Shown here piece by piece: positions 39,201 to 46,704 of a stretch of DNA of 64,000 bases (its first letter is position 1; each line of letters starts with the position of its first letter). The notes beneath the pieces are model-generated. The model saw nothing but the letters and a program-made list of their open reading frames with translations. It made no database searches and was not told where the DNA came from. The translations under genes were made by a program, and so were the position numbers. The stretch is from Acetofilamentum sp. (lineage in GTDB: Bacteria > Bacteroidota > Bacteroidia > Bacteroidales > DYOH01): contig DYOH01000011.1 of NCBI GenBank assembly GCA_020720625.1, positions 1,421 to 65,420 of the forward strand. The letters run 5' to 3'.

Positions 39201-40699
39201 ATAATAATATTTCAATCGAAGTTACCGGCAAAATTCCTGCTAAGCCAAAAGTTGGTGAGTGGATTTTTAAAAATTCTGTTTATGCAATAATGGGACTTAG
39301 AAATGTAAGCATAAACTATTCGGCAAAGCAAGCCAGTGCAATTCCGGGCTATTTGCCCTCCACAAAAATGTTGGGGATGGAATCTGTAAATAATGTATTT
39401 GCTCCAGGTGCTCTTTTTGTTTTAGGCTGGCAAGACAGAACTTTTCCTGAGTTAGCTGCTTCTAATCAATGGTTGTCGTCTGATAGTCTTTTAAATCAGG
39501 CAGTAAGCTTTACCGATAATCAAACAATATCGTTTCGAGCATTAGCTGAGCCTTTGGTAGGTCTAAAGATTAATTTTACAGCTGAGCGCTCATTGGCCAA
39601 TCAAGTAACTGAATACTGGCAACCCGATGCAAACGGAAATTTTGTTTCAAAAAATCGCATGGTTGGAGGCAATTTTAAAATGACAGTGAATATGCTTGCC
39701 ACTGCTTTCTGGGGGCTTGATGAAAATACCTATTCTTCGAAAGCATACGAAAATTTCAGGAATAACAGGGAGGTGGTAGCATGGCGATTGTCGAACGAAA
39801 GAAATTCTGCGGGTATTTCGACTTATAATCCTTATTCGCCAAATGTAAACCAACAAACCGGCGAAGAAATTAGCGATGGGTATCCGAATGGATACGGTCC
39901 ATTGACGCAAGACGTTCTTATTCCTGCATTTTTGGCAGCATATACGAATAAGCAGGCAAGCAATGTGGCACTTAATGCATTTAAGTTTCTTCCGGGTCTA
40001 AACTGGAATCTGACCTACGAAGGGCTTAGTCAACATCCATTCTTCAAGTCGTTTATGAAAAATCTTACCCTTCGTCATGCCTATATGGCTTCTTTCAATA
40101 TAAATTCCTTTACATCAAATCCAAGTTTCGATTATCTTGCCTTTGAGCAGGATGGATTTAGTTTTGTACGCGATAATTTGGTTGGGTATTTTATTCCGGA
40201 AAACGAGTTTTCGGCTATTAGCATGGAAGAGAAATTAAATCCGCTATTTGGAATAGATATGCAATTAAAGAATAGCTTTACCGGAAAATTTGAACTAAGG
40301 CGAAGCAGGATGATTAGTCTATCTTTGGCTAATAAACAAATAGAAGAATCGGAGCGAAAGGAAATTGTGGTGGGATTAGGCTATCGTTTCGATAAATTGC
40401 CAATAAATATAAAAACCGGCGGTGGAGTTAAACGTTTTGAAAGCGATATGAATATTAATGCCGATTTTTCATTTAGAGACGATATTACCATATATAGGAA
40501 GATTCAGGAAAATACGAGCGACTTATACGCCGGCATGAAAAACATGGCCATACAACTTTCGGCCGATTACATGTTAAGCAGCAGGTTTCAATTGCGTATT
40601 TTTTACGATCAAACCGTATCCGACCCACGAAAGGATTTATCTTACAGAACATCGAACGCAAAGTTTGGAATTAGCGTGAAAGTTAGTTTAATTCCTTAA
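33272..40699 (+). CDS. sprA: cell surface protein SprA (type IX secretion translocon, Sov family)
   Basis: Single 2475-aa ORF with a signal peptide. Size and beta-rich Asn/Gly/aromatic composition are typical of SprA. Other T9SS genes lie in the same window. Confidence 0.85.
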   Translation: MKNTGLQIIFVVILLFGFFKAKSNILFSIDYSYGINDSLPDYFKVRPFSLKPSLNSEQYRYPYFGMPKNLKSSVKYNPNTGEYEVKYLLGDLEIGEPAYLDYMQYKSFEMTRNNQLYWMNAARMGRNGVSLNPLDRFLNPQLNVGIEGFDRIFGSNTIDIRPNGSAELIFGLNYSNSGDPSLPKRLQKQTQFDFDMKIQLGVTGQIGDKMKVGINYNTEATFDFENQAKLAYTGSEDEIIQSIEAGNVSFPLNSSLISGSHSLFGIKSALKFGNLSVTSVISKQEGKSKVIDLEGGAQQNEFEISASEYEANRHFFLAHYFRENYDRALASLPIINSGISITRIEVWVTNKTGNFENSRNILALLDLGENQSNIFSALFSQSMAEPYPQDSINTLLPIILGNFPQVRNINQAAAALKSLEPAFVIGRDFEKVENARKLSPNEFTYNPKLGYISLNFALNADEVLAVAYEYTLAGEVFRVGEFSNSGVDAPNTLMLKLLKGTTLTPSIPNWKLMMKNIYSIGAFQINPDNFQLHILYQNDNTGNAINYIPEGDINGQVLLQVLGLDKLNSQLDPGSDGYFDFIDKITIDAAKGKIIFSQLEPFGSYLKSKFSQSDVADKYIYQELYDSTQSKAKQIAEKNKFTLKGRYKSSTGSEIYLNAMNIPTGSVKVSAGGIQLQEGTDYVVDYLLGRVTILNQGLMESGTPMRISLESNELYNFETKTLLGTHLDYQFSDNFNLGATIMNLTEKPMTNKVDIGDEPVSNTIWGLNGAYSTEAPFLTRLVDFLPFIETKEMSNFSVNGEFAHLIPGHSKAIEKNGISYIDDFEGTKITSDLKAPNAWTIASIPQGQPDLFPEASLINNLANGYNRAKFAWYIISSDLLSSNIAPEHLQKDLAQRSNHLVREVIEQEIFPYRESQNNIPTPLAVLNLAYYPQEKGPYNFDVNPMPGISSGMGANGRLLKPQTRWGGIMRNIQTNDFEAANIEYIEFWMMDPFVYDTLAEGGDFYINLGNISEDILKDSRKSFENGLPPGQDVEKVDTTVWGRVPQGQSLVNAFDNNNASRVYQDVGLDGLRDEDEQSFYEIYLQQIASIYGTNSEAYQSASPDPSADNYHYYLGADFDQQQLSILERYKLYNGMDGNSPTNEQSPEDYPTSGSLVPDIEDINLDNTLSETESYFQYKISLRPEDMEIGQNFITDMIVNYKERVDGNVTSVKWYQFKVPIYNPQKVVGTIEDFKSIRFVRLFMRGWDEQVVLRLAQFDLVRGDWRKYNLTLSQGGEVLSDDNNFSGEFDVSAVNIEENGNKTPVNYVLPPGIRRENDPTNPYLPLQNEQALVLKAVDLPDGEAKATYKNVMLDARQYKKLQMDIHAEALPDRIISDYDLVAFIRIGSDFQQNYYEYEVPLKLTPTGIYNGNLDADRLSVWPEENKMIINFELLQQAKQARNEEVRNINSTVRLTAPYEYRDGKNTIRIMGNPNLSNIKTIMIGIRNPEQASNTLKDDGFSKSVEIWVNELRLTDFIENGGWAATAHATAQLADFANVSVAGNTSTRGFGSIEKKVNERSKEDVYQYDISSNLELGKFFPEKASVKIPMFVSFSEGVKIPQFNPLDPDIELKATLDNADNKQQRDSIKYITQDYTRRRSVNFTNVKINKQSQNPHFYDISNLSTSYGFNEILQRDINTEYNLTKNYTGAIQYNFNNRPKTWQPFQKSKIFKAKSLRIIKDFNLNFAPTSVSFRTLMNRNYNEMQTRNIDNPGILINPNFKKDFTWAREYDVKYNISRGLRFDFTANNLARIDEPDGRINKNENDYELKRDSIINNIKDWGRTTQYLHRFSLNYTLPINKLPMLDWVNATAKYTGTYNWDASPILSDTMLFGNTIKNGNDQQLNTSFNLFSLYTKVPYLKKLSQEMTSKRSGKLKPEMIELTFSRKNLVFKAEQFMIINHKLNTLDVAVKATDEQGRVVKGIMEVVDKNSLRFKLPHDYNNISIEVTGKIPAKPKVGEWIFKNSVYAIMGLRNVSINYSAKQASAIPGYLPSTKMLGMESVNNVFAPGALFVLGWQDRTFPELAASNQWLSSDSLLNQAVSFTDNQTISFRALAEPLVGLKINFTAERSLANQVTEYWQPDANGNFVSKNRMVGGNFKMTVNMLATAFWGLDENTYSSKAYENFRNNREVVAWRLSNERNSAGISTYNPYSPNVNQQTGEEISDGYPNGYGPLTQDVLIPAFLAAYTNKQASNVALNAFKFLPGLNWNLTYEGLSQHPFFKSFMKNLTLRHAYMASFNINSFTSNPSFDYLAFEQDGFSFVRDNLVGYFIPENEFSAISMEEKLNPLFGIDMQLKNSFTGKFELRRSRMISLSLANKQIEESERKEIVVGLGYRFDKLPINIKTGGGVKRFESDMNINADFSFRDDITIYRKIQENTSDLYAGMKNMAIQLSADYMLSSRFQLRIFYDQTVSDPRKDLSYRTSNAKFGISVKVSLIP

Positions 40700-40722
40700 T
40701 TTTTTTAATAAAGGAAATAATG

Positions 40723-40730
40723 TATTTTTG
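40723..40730 (+). promoter_or_regulatory. Bacteroidetes -7 promoter motif TATTTTTG upstream of gcvH
   Basis: Exact TAnnTTTG, 32 nt upstream of the gcvH ATG. Confidence 0.45.
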
Positions 40731-40761
40731 AGTTTGAAACAAATGCATAAATTATTATAAA

Positions 40762-41142
40762 ATGAACGTACCAGAAAATTTAAAATTTAGCCGCGATCAC
40801 GAATGGATTCGTGTAGATGGCTCCCAAGCATACGTTGGAATTACTGAGTTTGCTCAGGGTGAACTTGGCGATATTGTTTTTGTGGAAATCGAAACAGAAG
40901 GCGAAGAGCTTGAAGAAGGAGCTATTTTTGGAACTGTTGAAGCAGTTAAAACTGTTTCTGATTTGTTGATGCCAGTAGCTGGTAAAGTATTGGAAGTGAA
41001 CGAAAAATTAGCCGATCAACCTGAATTAGTTAATACAGATCCTTATGGAGATGGCTGGATGATTAAAATGGCTATTTCAAATCCTTCTGATTTAAACAAT
41101 TTACTCTCGGCTGATGATTATAAAGATTTGATAGCCGGATAA
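40762..41142 (+). CDS. gcvH: glycine cleavage system protein H
   Basis: 126 aa, lipoyl-lysine motif GTVEAVKTVSDL. Confidence 0.9.
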   Translation: MNVPENLKFSRDHEWIRVDGSQAYVGITEFAQGELGDIVFVEIETEGEELEEGAIFGTVEAVKTVSDLLMPVAGKVLEVNEKLADQPELVNTDPYGDGWMIKMAISNPSDLNNLLSADDYKDLIAG

Positions 41143-41167
41143 TAAATTTTAAATTGATGCTTTAAAG

Positions 41168-41213
41168 CCTTTTGGATAAAAATATGAATTGTTTTTATCT
41201 AAAAGGTTTTTTT
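41168..41213 (+). terminator. intrinsic terminator after gcvH
   Basis: 15-bp stem ccttttggataaaaa(41168-41182)/tttttatctaaaagg(41192-41206) with one G-U pair, followed by T7 (41207-41213). Confidence 0.75.
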
Positions 41214-41265
41214 ATTCACTTATTTTTCGGATATTTACTTGAATAATATTATTATAAGATTATAA

Positions 41266-42504
41266 ATGGAGTTAATTTTTCTTTTATTAGGAATATTTCT
41301 CGGAGCTGTTTTTAGTTATTTTATTGTGATGTACAAAAATAAGCTGGAGAATAATGTTGAAGCTGAAAATTTGAAGATGCAAAATCTTGAGCTAAAGGTA
41401 AAACATCAAAGTTATCAGGAAAATGTAGACAGAATGATGTTGGAAATGAAAAATCAGTTTGCCTATAGTGCAGGAGATGCTTTGTCGAAAAATAATCAGC
41501 AATTTCTAAATCTAGCCCAACAGCTTATGGATAAATATATTCATCAGGCCGCTTCACAGTTTAAATCTACTGAGAAAGAAGTCTCGCAAATTGTGGCACC
41601 ATTGCATTTGTCGCTCGACAAAAACAGGGAAATGATGCAAACATTCGAAAAGAATAACCAATCGCTCATTGAGAATTTAAAATCGCATCTCGAAAGTCTG
41701 TCTGTGAGCCAGCGCAGTTTAGAAAAAGAAACTTACGCCCTTGTAAGCGCTTTAAAAAATCCGAAAATCAGAGGTAAATGGGGCGAAGTTGGTTTACACC
41801 GGATTATTGAATTTGCCGGACTAAATGAATATTGTGATTTTAGCGAGCAAGTACATTCCCGTCAAGATGATAAAACAATAAGGCCCGACTTAATAATTCA
41901 ACTACCCTTTGAGCGTCAGATTATTGTAGATTCAAAACTCCCGTTAAATGCTTATTTACTTGCCTTGGAAACCAACGATGCCGATGAGGAGAAGAAATAT
42001 CTTAAGCAGCATGCCCAGCTTGTAAATCAGCATATACAGCTGCTTGGTTCAAAAGAATATTGGCGAAATTTTGAGCAATCGGCCGATTTTGTGATTATGT
42101 ATATGGAGGTAGAGTCTGCTTACTCGGCAGCTCTGCATACCGATAAAGAACTAATGCTTAGGGCTATGGGCGAAAGAGTGATTTTGGCAACCCCATCTAC
42201 ATTTATTTCGGTTTTGCAAAGCATTGCCTATAGCTGGAAGCAGTACAAATCGTCGGAGAATGCCAAGGAGCTATTAAATCAAGTGCATACATTACATAAT
42301 CGTCTAGCAAGCTTTCTGGAAAATTATCAAAAATTGGGAAAAAATATTCAAATGCTTTCAAAAACTTTTAATCAAGGAGTTGGTTCTTTCGAAAGCCGAT
42401 TAATGCCTGTAATACGTAAGATTGAATTACTTTCCGGAATACAAAACAACGATTCGCTTGAGCTTCCAGGCAAAGTAGAATCAGATTTTAACGACGAATT
42501 GTAG
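41266..42504 (+). CDS. rmuC: DNA recombination protein RmuC
   Basis: N-terminal TM helix, long coiled coil, and an RGKWGEVGLHRIIEFAGL motif typical of RmuC. Confidence 0.85.
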   Translation: MELIFLLLGIFLGAVFSYFIVMYKNKLENNVEAENLKMQNLELKVKHQSYQENVDRMMLEMKNQFAYSAGDALSKNNQQFLNLAQQLMDKYIHQAASQFKSTEKEVSQIVAPLHLSLDKNREMMQTFEKNNQSLIENLKSHLESLSVSQRSLEKETYALVSALKNPKIRGKWGEVGLHRIIEFAGLNEYCDFSEQVHSRQDDKTIRPDLIIQLPFERQIIVDSKLPLNAYLLALETNDADEEKKYLKQHAQLVNQHIQLLGSKEYWRNFEQSADFVIMYMEVESAYSAALHTDKELMLRAMGERVILATPSTFISVLQSIAYSWKQYKSSENAKELLNQVHTLHNRLASFLENYQKLGKNIQMLSKTFNQGVGSFESRLMPVIRKIELLSGIQNNDSLELPGKVESDFNDEL

Positions 42505-42508
42505 TGCT

Positions 42509-44506
42509 TTAAAAGCGGAAGGCAACGAGTGAAATATCGTCCATTTGATTTTCGTTAACTAGGTATGGAGCAAGCATAGAATCAAGAATTTCGTGTTGTT
42601 TAGCCAAGTTGTGCCTTGCATTTTCGTTGATAAATTGCACAAGACCTTTTGTTCCGAATTTCTTTTTACTGTATTGGCTATTTTTCTGGTCTATAATTCC
42701 ATCGGTAAAGAAGTAAGCAATATCGTTTTTAGCGATATCAATTTTATAATTTTTAAATGGTTCTTCAAGTCCATATCTGTTTCCACCAATCGAACGTATG
42801 CTGCCTTTTAGAATTTCAAGTTTCTCAGTTTCGTCGCGGAAAATGTAAATTGGCCTTTTAGCTCCGGCAAAAGTTAATGTTTTTTCTCCGTTACGGTAAA
42901 GCTCAATTTTTGTTAAACCTATATCCATGCCATCGTCGTTGGAATTTTGCTCCTGTCTGAGCATTTTTCTTACGCCGCCATCGAGCTTTTCCAAAATTTC
43001 CGATGGAGAATGTACTTTTTGGTCTATAATAATAGAATTTAGCAACCTATCTGCTATCAATGTCATAAAGGCTCCAGGTACGCCATGGCCTGTGCAGTCT
43101 ATGATGGCAAAGTAAAAGACTTTTTTATCGGCCTCTTGAAAGGAAGTAATCCAATAGGAGTCGCCCGAAACTTTGTCTTTTGGTTTATAAATAATAAAGT
43201 AATCGCCAAGTTGTTGAAGCATTTTTGCTGTTGGCAAAATTGCCAATTGAATGGTATAGGCATAATTTAAACTACTCTCAATTCTTTTGTTTTTACTAAC
43301 AAGGCTATTTTTTTGAATTTCAATTTCTTCACTTTTTTGGGCAAGTTCCCTGGTTCTAACATCTACTTTTTGTTCCAGATTGTTCAAAGAATCGCGCAAT
43401 TGGTCAACCATCGAGTCGAATGATTGCGATAAACGAGTAATTTCGTAGCTTCCTGTTACATGTATGTGTTGCTGAAAATTACCTTTGGCAATAACGTCTG
43501 CTTTCTGTGCAAGTATTTTTAAGGGTTTGCTTAGTCGTCGGGCTTCGAAAAATATCAATAGCGCAACAACAATAGTAACAACACTAAAAATAAATACCGA
43601 AAAAATAAGTTCCGACCGGTTTTTTGCGTTTAGTTCGGTTTTATCGTAAATAAGTCTTACAACAGCTCCTTTGTAAAGTGCTGTAAATTTTCTATTTAGC
43701 TTACTATAATCGTAAAAAACTTCAATTTCATCTTCTAGTCTGGTTCTAATAGTATCGTTGTTTTTTTGCACATCAAGTACAATTTTTTCTTCTAAAGGCG
43801 AAAGGGTGTCTTGTGTGGTAAAAGAGAAAGGATCGTCGGCAATGATAAATAAATCTACGGAGCGATATCCTTTTTGGTCTTTGGCAATATTGGAGAATGT
43901 TTTTTGCATAGAACTGATTAAGTCCTGAGCATCTTTTGAATAGCTACCCAATTCAACAATATAGTTTCTGTCTAAAGTGGCCTGATAAGAATACTTCTTG
44001 ATCATTTTGGTCATGGCTTCTGTGGTAAAAGGCTCGCTTATAAAAGTACCGTTTGCAAAAATGTTCATCAAAAAGCTTTTGTGAGATTCTCCAAAATTAA
44101 ACAGATTGAGCATATAGTCTTTGGGAAATGTGGTGTTTATAATAATTCCCTGTTTGTTAATTATATAGATGTCTGTTGTGGCAGTATCCATGCCAAGCTC
44201 AAGTTGTATTTTTTCAAGTGGTGCATCCAATGGGGTATATAAAGAATCGAGATATTTATTTACAATTGTTTTGCTCCAATCTTCCATTTGGCTTCCTAAT
44301 TTGTTTTCCAGCGATTTTAGAGCAACATCCTGAAGATCGAAAATATGTTGAATTTCTTTGTTGATGATTTCTCTTTTTTCGTTGTAGGCCTCGTTTTGTA
44401 GTCTTTGCGAATTGTAGTAGTTATAAATGGCCAGCCCAATCAACGCCAAAAAAATGGGTATTGTTGAACTAATAATAATTTTTGTCGTTATAGAATTAAA
44501 CTTCAT
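42509..44506 (-). CDS. membrane sensor protein: periplasmic (Cache-like) domain, HAMP, coiled coil, SpoIIE/PP2C phosphatase
   Basis: Two TM helices bracket a domain of about 270 aa. HAMP-like segment (RRLSKPLKILAQKADVIAKGNF). PP2C region with AYTIQLAILP and DCTGHGVPGAFM. Confidence 0.8.
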   Translation of the reverse strand: MKFNSITTKIIISSTIPIFLALIGLAIYNYYNSQRLQNEAYNEKREIINKEIQHIFDLQDVALKSLENKLGSQMEDWSKTIVNKYLDSLYTPLDAPLEKIQLELGMDTATTDIYIINKQGIIINTTFPKDYMLNLFNFGESHKSFLMNIFANGTFISEPFTTEAMTKMIKKYSYQATLDRNYIVELGSYSKDAQDLISSMQKTFSNIAKDQKGYRSVDLFIIADDPFSFTTQDTLSPLEEKIVLDVQKNNDTIRTRLEDEIEVFYDYSKLNRKFTALYKGAVVRLIYDKTELNAKNRSELIFSVFIFSVVTIVVALLIFFEARRLSKPLKILAQKADVIAKGNFQQHIHVTGSYEITRLSQSFDSMVDQLRDSLNNLEQKVDVRTRELAQKSEEIEIQKNSLVSKNKRIESSLNYAYTIQLAILPTAKMLQQLGDYFIIYKPKDKVSGDSYWITSFQEADKKVFYFAIIDCTGHGVPGAFMTLIADRLLNSIIIDQKVHSPSEILEKLDGGVRKMLRQEQNSNDDGMDIGLTKIELYRNGEKTLTFAGAKRPIYIFRDETEKLEILKGSIRSIGGNRYGLEEPFKNYKIDIAKNDIAYFFTDGIIDQKNSQYSKKKFGTKGLVQFINENARHNLAKQHEILDSMLAPYLVNENQMDDISLVAFRF

Positions 44507-45324
44507 AATTTATTTTTGTCTATTGATTTTAAAATCAATACTAATTCGGCATTAAATGTATTTATTTTTTCTGTATTTTTCGTCATAATTACTTCATTTG
44601 TTCTTTTTTGTGAGCCGAAATAAAATTTTTGCAACATTGCCAAGCCTAAAACATAGCCAGTTAGGTAGTTATGGTTTAAAAACTCAAAAATGGCAAAGCT
44701 TAAACTGGCTGCTTGTATCGAAAAACTGAAAACACCTTCGAGTGGCTTTCCTCCGTATATTATTCCTGAGCCGGGAATAATTAGCGCCAGATTTTTTGCT
44801 ATTCTTTCCGATTTGATTCTTGGTTTTTTTAAATACAATTTTCCTACCAATTTAATTAAACTGTCTTTTGTATGCAAATTTTTTGTATAATAAAGTATAT
44901 AGTTTTTACTTTCCAGAGCTGCGCTATCAAATAAATGCAGGTGATTCAGGCAAATTATTTTTGTTAGATGCACTGTTTGATTTTGTATGCTGTCTAATTG
45001 CTTGACTTGTGCTAGTTTTTGTAAACTTTCGGTATACTCTTGGTTAAAGAATAATAAGATACCCTGATAATAGAGTATTTGGTTAAGTAGCTCGTAGTTT
45101 ACAAGATATAGCGGTATTTTGTTTAGCTCATGTAGTGAGGCAGAATAATTTTGTTGGTCAAAAAAATCTGTGGCTAGTTCGAATCTAAGTTTGGCATTTT
45201 CGGCAGAATTGCTTTGCTGATAGATTTTATTGATTTGCTCTAAGTGGCTGTTTTGTGCCAGACTAAAATGCGCTGGAATAACTATGTTGTATATGATAAA
45301 GAATATTTTTATCCATTTTTTCAT
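44503..45324 (-). CDS. hypothetical signal-peptide / helical-repeat / C-terminal 2-TM protein (paralog B)
   Basis: Signal peptide MKKWIKIFFIIYNIVIPAHFSLAQ. Shares the IIPGSG-x2-Y-x-GK motif and architecture with the upstream gene. ATGA overlap with the PP2C gene. Confidence 0.55.
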   Translation of the reverse strand: MKKWIKIFFIIYNIVIPAHFSLAQNSHLEQINKIYQQSNSAENAKLRFELATDFFDQQNYSASLHELNKIPLYLVNYELLNQILYYQGILLFFNQEYTESLQKLAQVKQLDSIQNQTVHLTKIICLNHLHLFDSAALESKNYILYYTKNLHTKDSLIKLVGKLYLKKPRIKSERIAKNLALIIPGSGIIYGGKPLEGVFSFSIQAASLSFAIFEFLNHNYLTGYVLGLAMLQKFYFGSQKRTNEVIMTKNTEKINTFNAELVLILKSIDKNKL

Positions 45325-46126
45325 AAAAATCTTTTTTACTTCTATTTACACTATGATAGCTGCCTGCTATATTACCAAGATAAAAAATTCCGAATATACT
45401 GCCAGTGGCAATACTTCGGAAATGGGTGATGCCAAATTTATTAGCATTTTCGTAAAAAACGGCACCTAAAGCCAAAACCGAGATAAAAACAGAAACTGCC
45501 TCGCCTTTTTTTCCGGCATAAAATTTTCCGCTTCCTGGTATTATGCTCGAGAATGTGGCTGCTGCCAAGGGAGATTTGTTTTGGTATAACAACATTTCAG
45601 TTTTCAGAAAATTTAGTTTTTGATATGAGCTATGTGTATGATAATAACTTGTATCTGCCTGATTTAAAACTGTTTCGTAGGCATTAAAATTTCTTTTTAA
45701 TAACGAAACAGATGCCAATTGAAAGTTGCGTAATTCAATTTCTGTCTTGTTTGTTGGGGTGTAGTTCGACAAAAGTAATTCGGCCTGCTCAAAATGACTG
45801 TTTATACTGTAATAAAAAACTGCTTCGAACCTACTTTTGCTGTAGAAAACAGAATTATTTTGTATTTTCGAAAAGTATACAGCAGCGCTATCTGCAAATT
45901 TTTGTTTAACAAAATACTGTGCTTTGTACCAGGCGAAGCTATCGGTATTGAGTATGTTTTCTTGCTTTTGCAACCAAATTTCTTCTAGTTGCGATGCCTG
46001 TTGCAAATAGTTTTCGTTTACCAGATATGCATAAAATCCCATGTTAGGTTCAATATTTTGCGATTGAACCCCAAATTGAAGCATTGTGAATAGAATAAAC
46101 AAGAGAAACTGAATGGGTTTATGCAT
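45263..46126 (-). CDS. hypothetical signal-peptide / helical-repeat / C-terminal 2-TM protein (paralog A)
   Basis: Signal peptide MHKPIQFLLFILFTMLQFGVQSQ and IIPGSGKFYAGKKGEAV motif. Overlaps rdgB by 8 nt and paralog B by 62 nt. Confidence 0.55.
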   Translation of the reverse strand: MHKPIQFLLFILFTMLQFGVQSQNIEPNMGFYAYLVNENYLQQASQLEEIWLQKQENILNTDSFAWYKAQYFVKQKFADSAAVYFSKIQNNSVFYSKSRFEAVFYYSINSHFEQAELLLSNYTPTNKTEIELRNFQLASVSLLKRNFNAYETVLNQADTSYYHTHSSYQKLNFLKTEMLLYQNKSPLAAATFSSIIPGSGKFYAGKKGEAVSVFISVLALGAVFYENANKFGITHFRSIATGSIFGIFYLGNIAGSYHSVNRSKKDFYEKMDKNILYHIQHSYSSAF

Positions 46127-46697
46127 TATTTCTTAAATATGCTACAAGTTTTTGTGTGGCCAGCCCCCTGTGGCTGATGCTGTTTTTTAATTCGGCACTC
46201 ATTTCTGCAAAGCTCAGGTCATATCCGGAAGGTAAAAAAATTGGATCGTATCCAAATCCGTTATTCCCACGCGGTGTAACAAGAATTTCGCCATCAATTC
46301 TGCCTTCAAATAAATACTCTTTCTTGTCTAAGATTAAGGCAATAACGGTTTTAAAAACAGCTTTACGGTTTTTTTGTCCCTGCATTTTATGTAGGGCAAG
46401 AATTACATTCTCCTGGTATGTGGCGTTTTCGCCGGCAAAACGCGCCGAGTACACTCCCGGAGCGCCATTCAGGGCTTCAATTTCTAATCCGGTATCGTCG
46501 GCAAAACAATCTTTACCGGTAAATTCAAAAATGGTGCGCGCTTTTTGGAGGGCATTTCCTTCTATGGTGTCTTGTTCTTCGGGGATATCGTCAATATATC
46601 CAATATCTTGTAAGCTAACGATGTGAAAATTGCTCACAATTTCCTGCAACTCCCTTAATTTATGTAAGTTGTTGGTAGCAAATATTAATTCTTTCAT
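46119..46697 (-). CDS. rdgB: non-canonical purine NTP pyrophosphatase (RdgB/HAM1 family)
   Basis: FATNNLHKLRE, ALNGAPGVYSARF and GFGYDPIF motifs. Confidence 0.85.
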   Translation of the reverse strand: MKELIFATNNLHKLRELQEIVSNFHIVSLQDIGYIDDIPEEQDTIEGNALQKARTIFEFTGKDCFADDTGLEIEALNGAPGVYSARFAGENATYQENVILALHKMQGQKNRKAVFKTVIALILDKKEYLFEGRIDGEILVTPRGNNGFGYDPIFLPSGYDLSFAEMSAELKNSISHRGLATQKLVAYLRNNA

Positions 46698-46704
46698 TTT
46701 TTTG

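Noticed and set aside
46156-46626. 156-aa plus-strand ORF opposite rdgB
   Set aside because: It lies entirely within the motif-supported rdgB gene on the other strand. It has no start context or recognisable domains.
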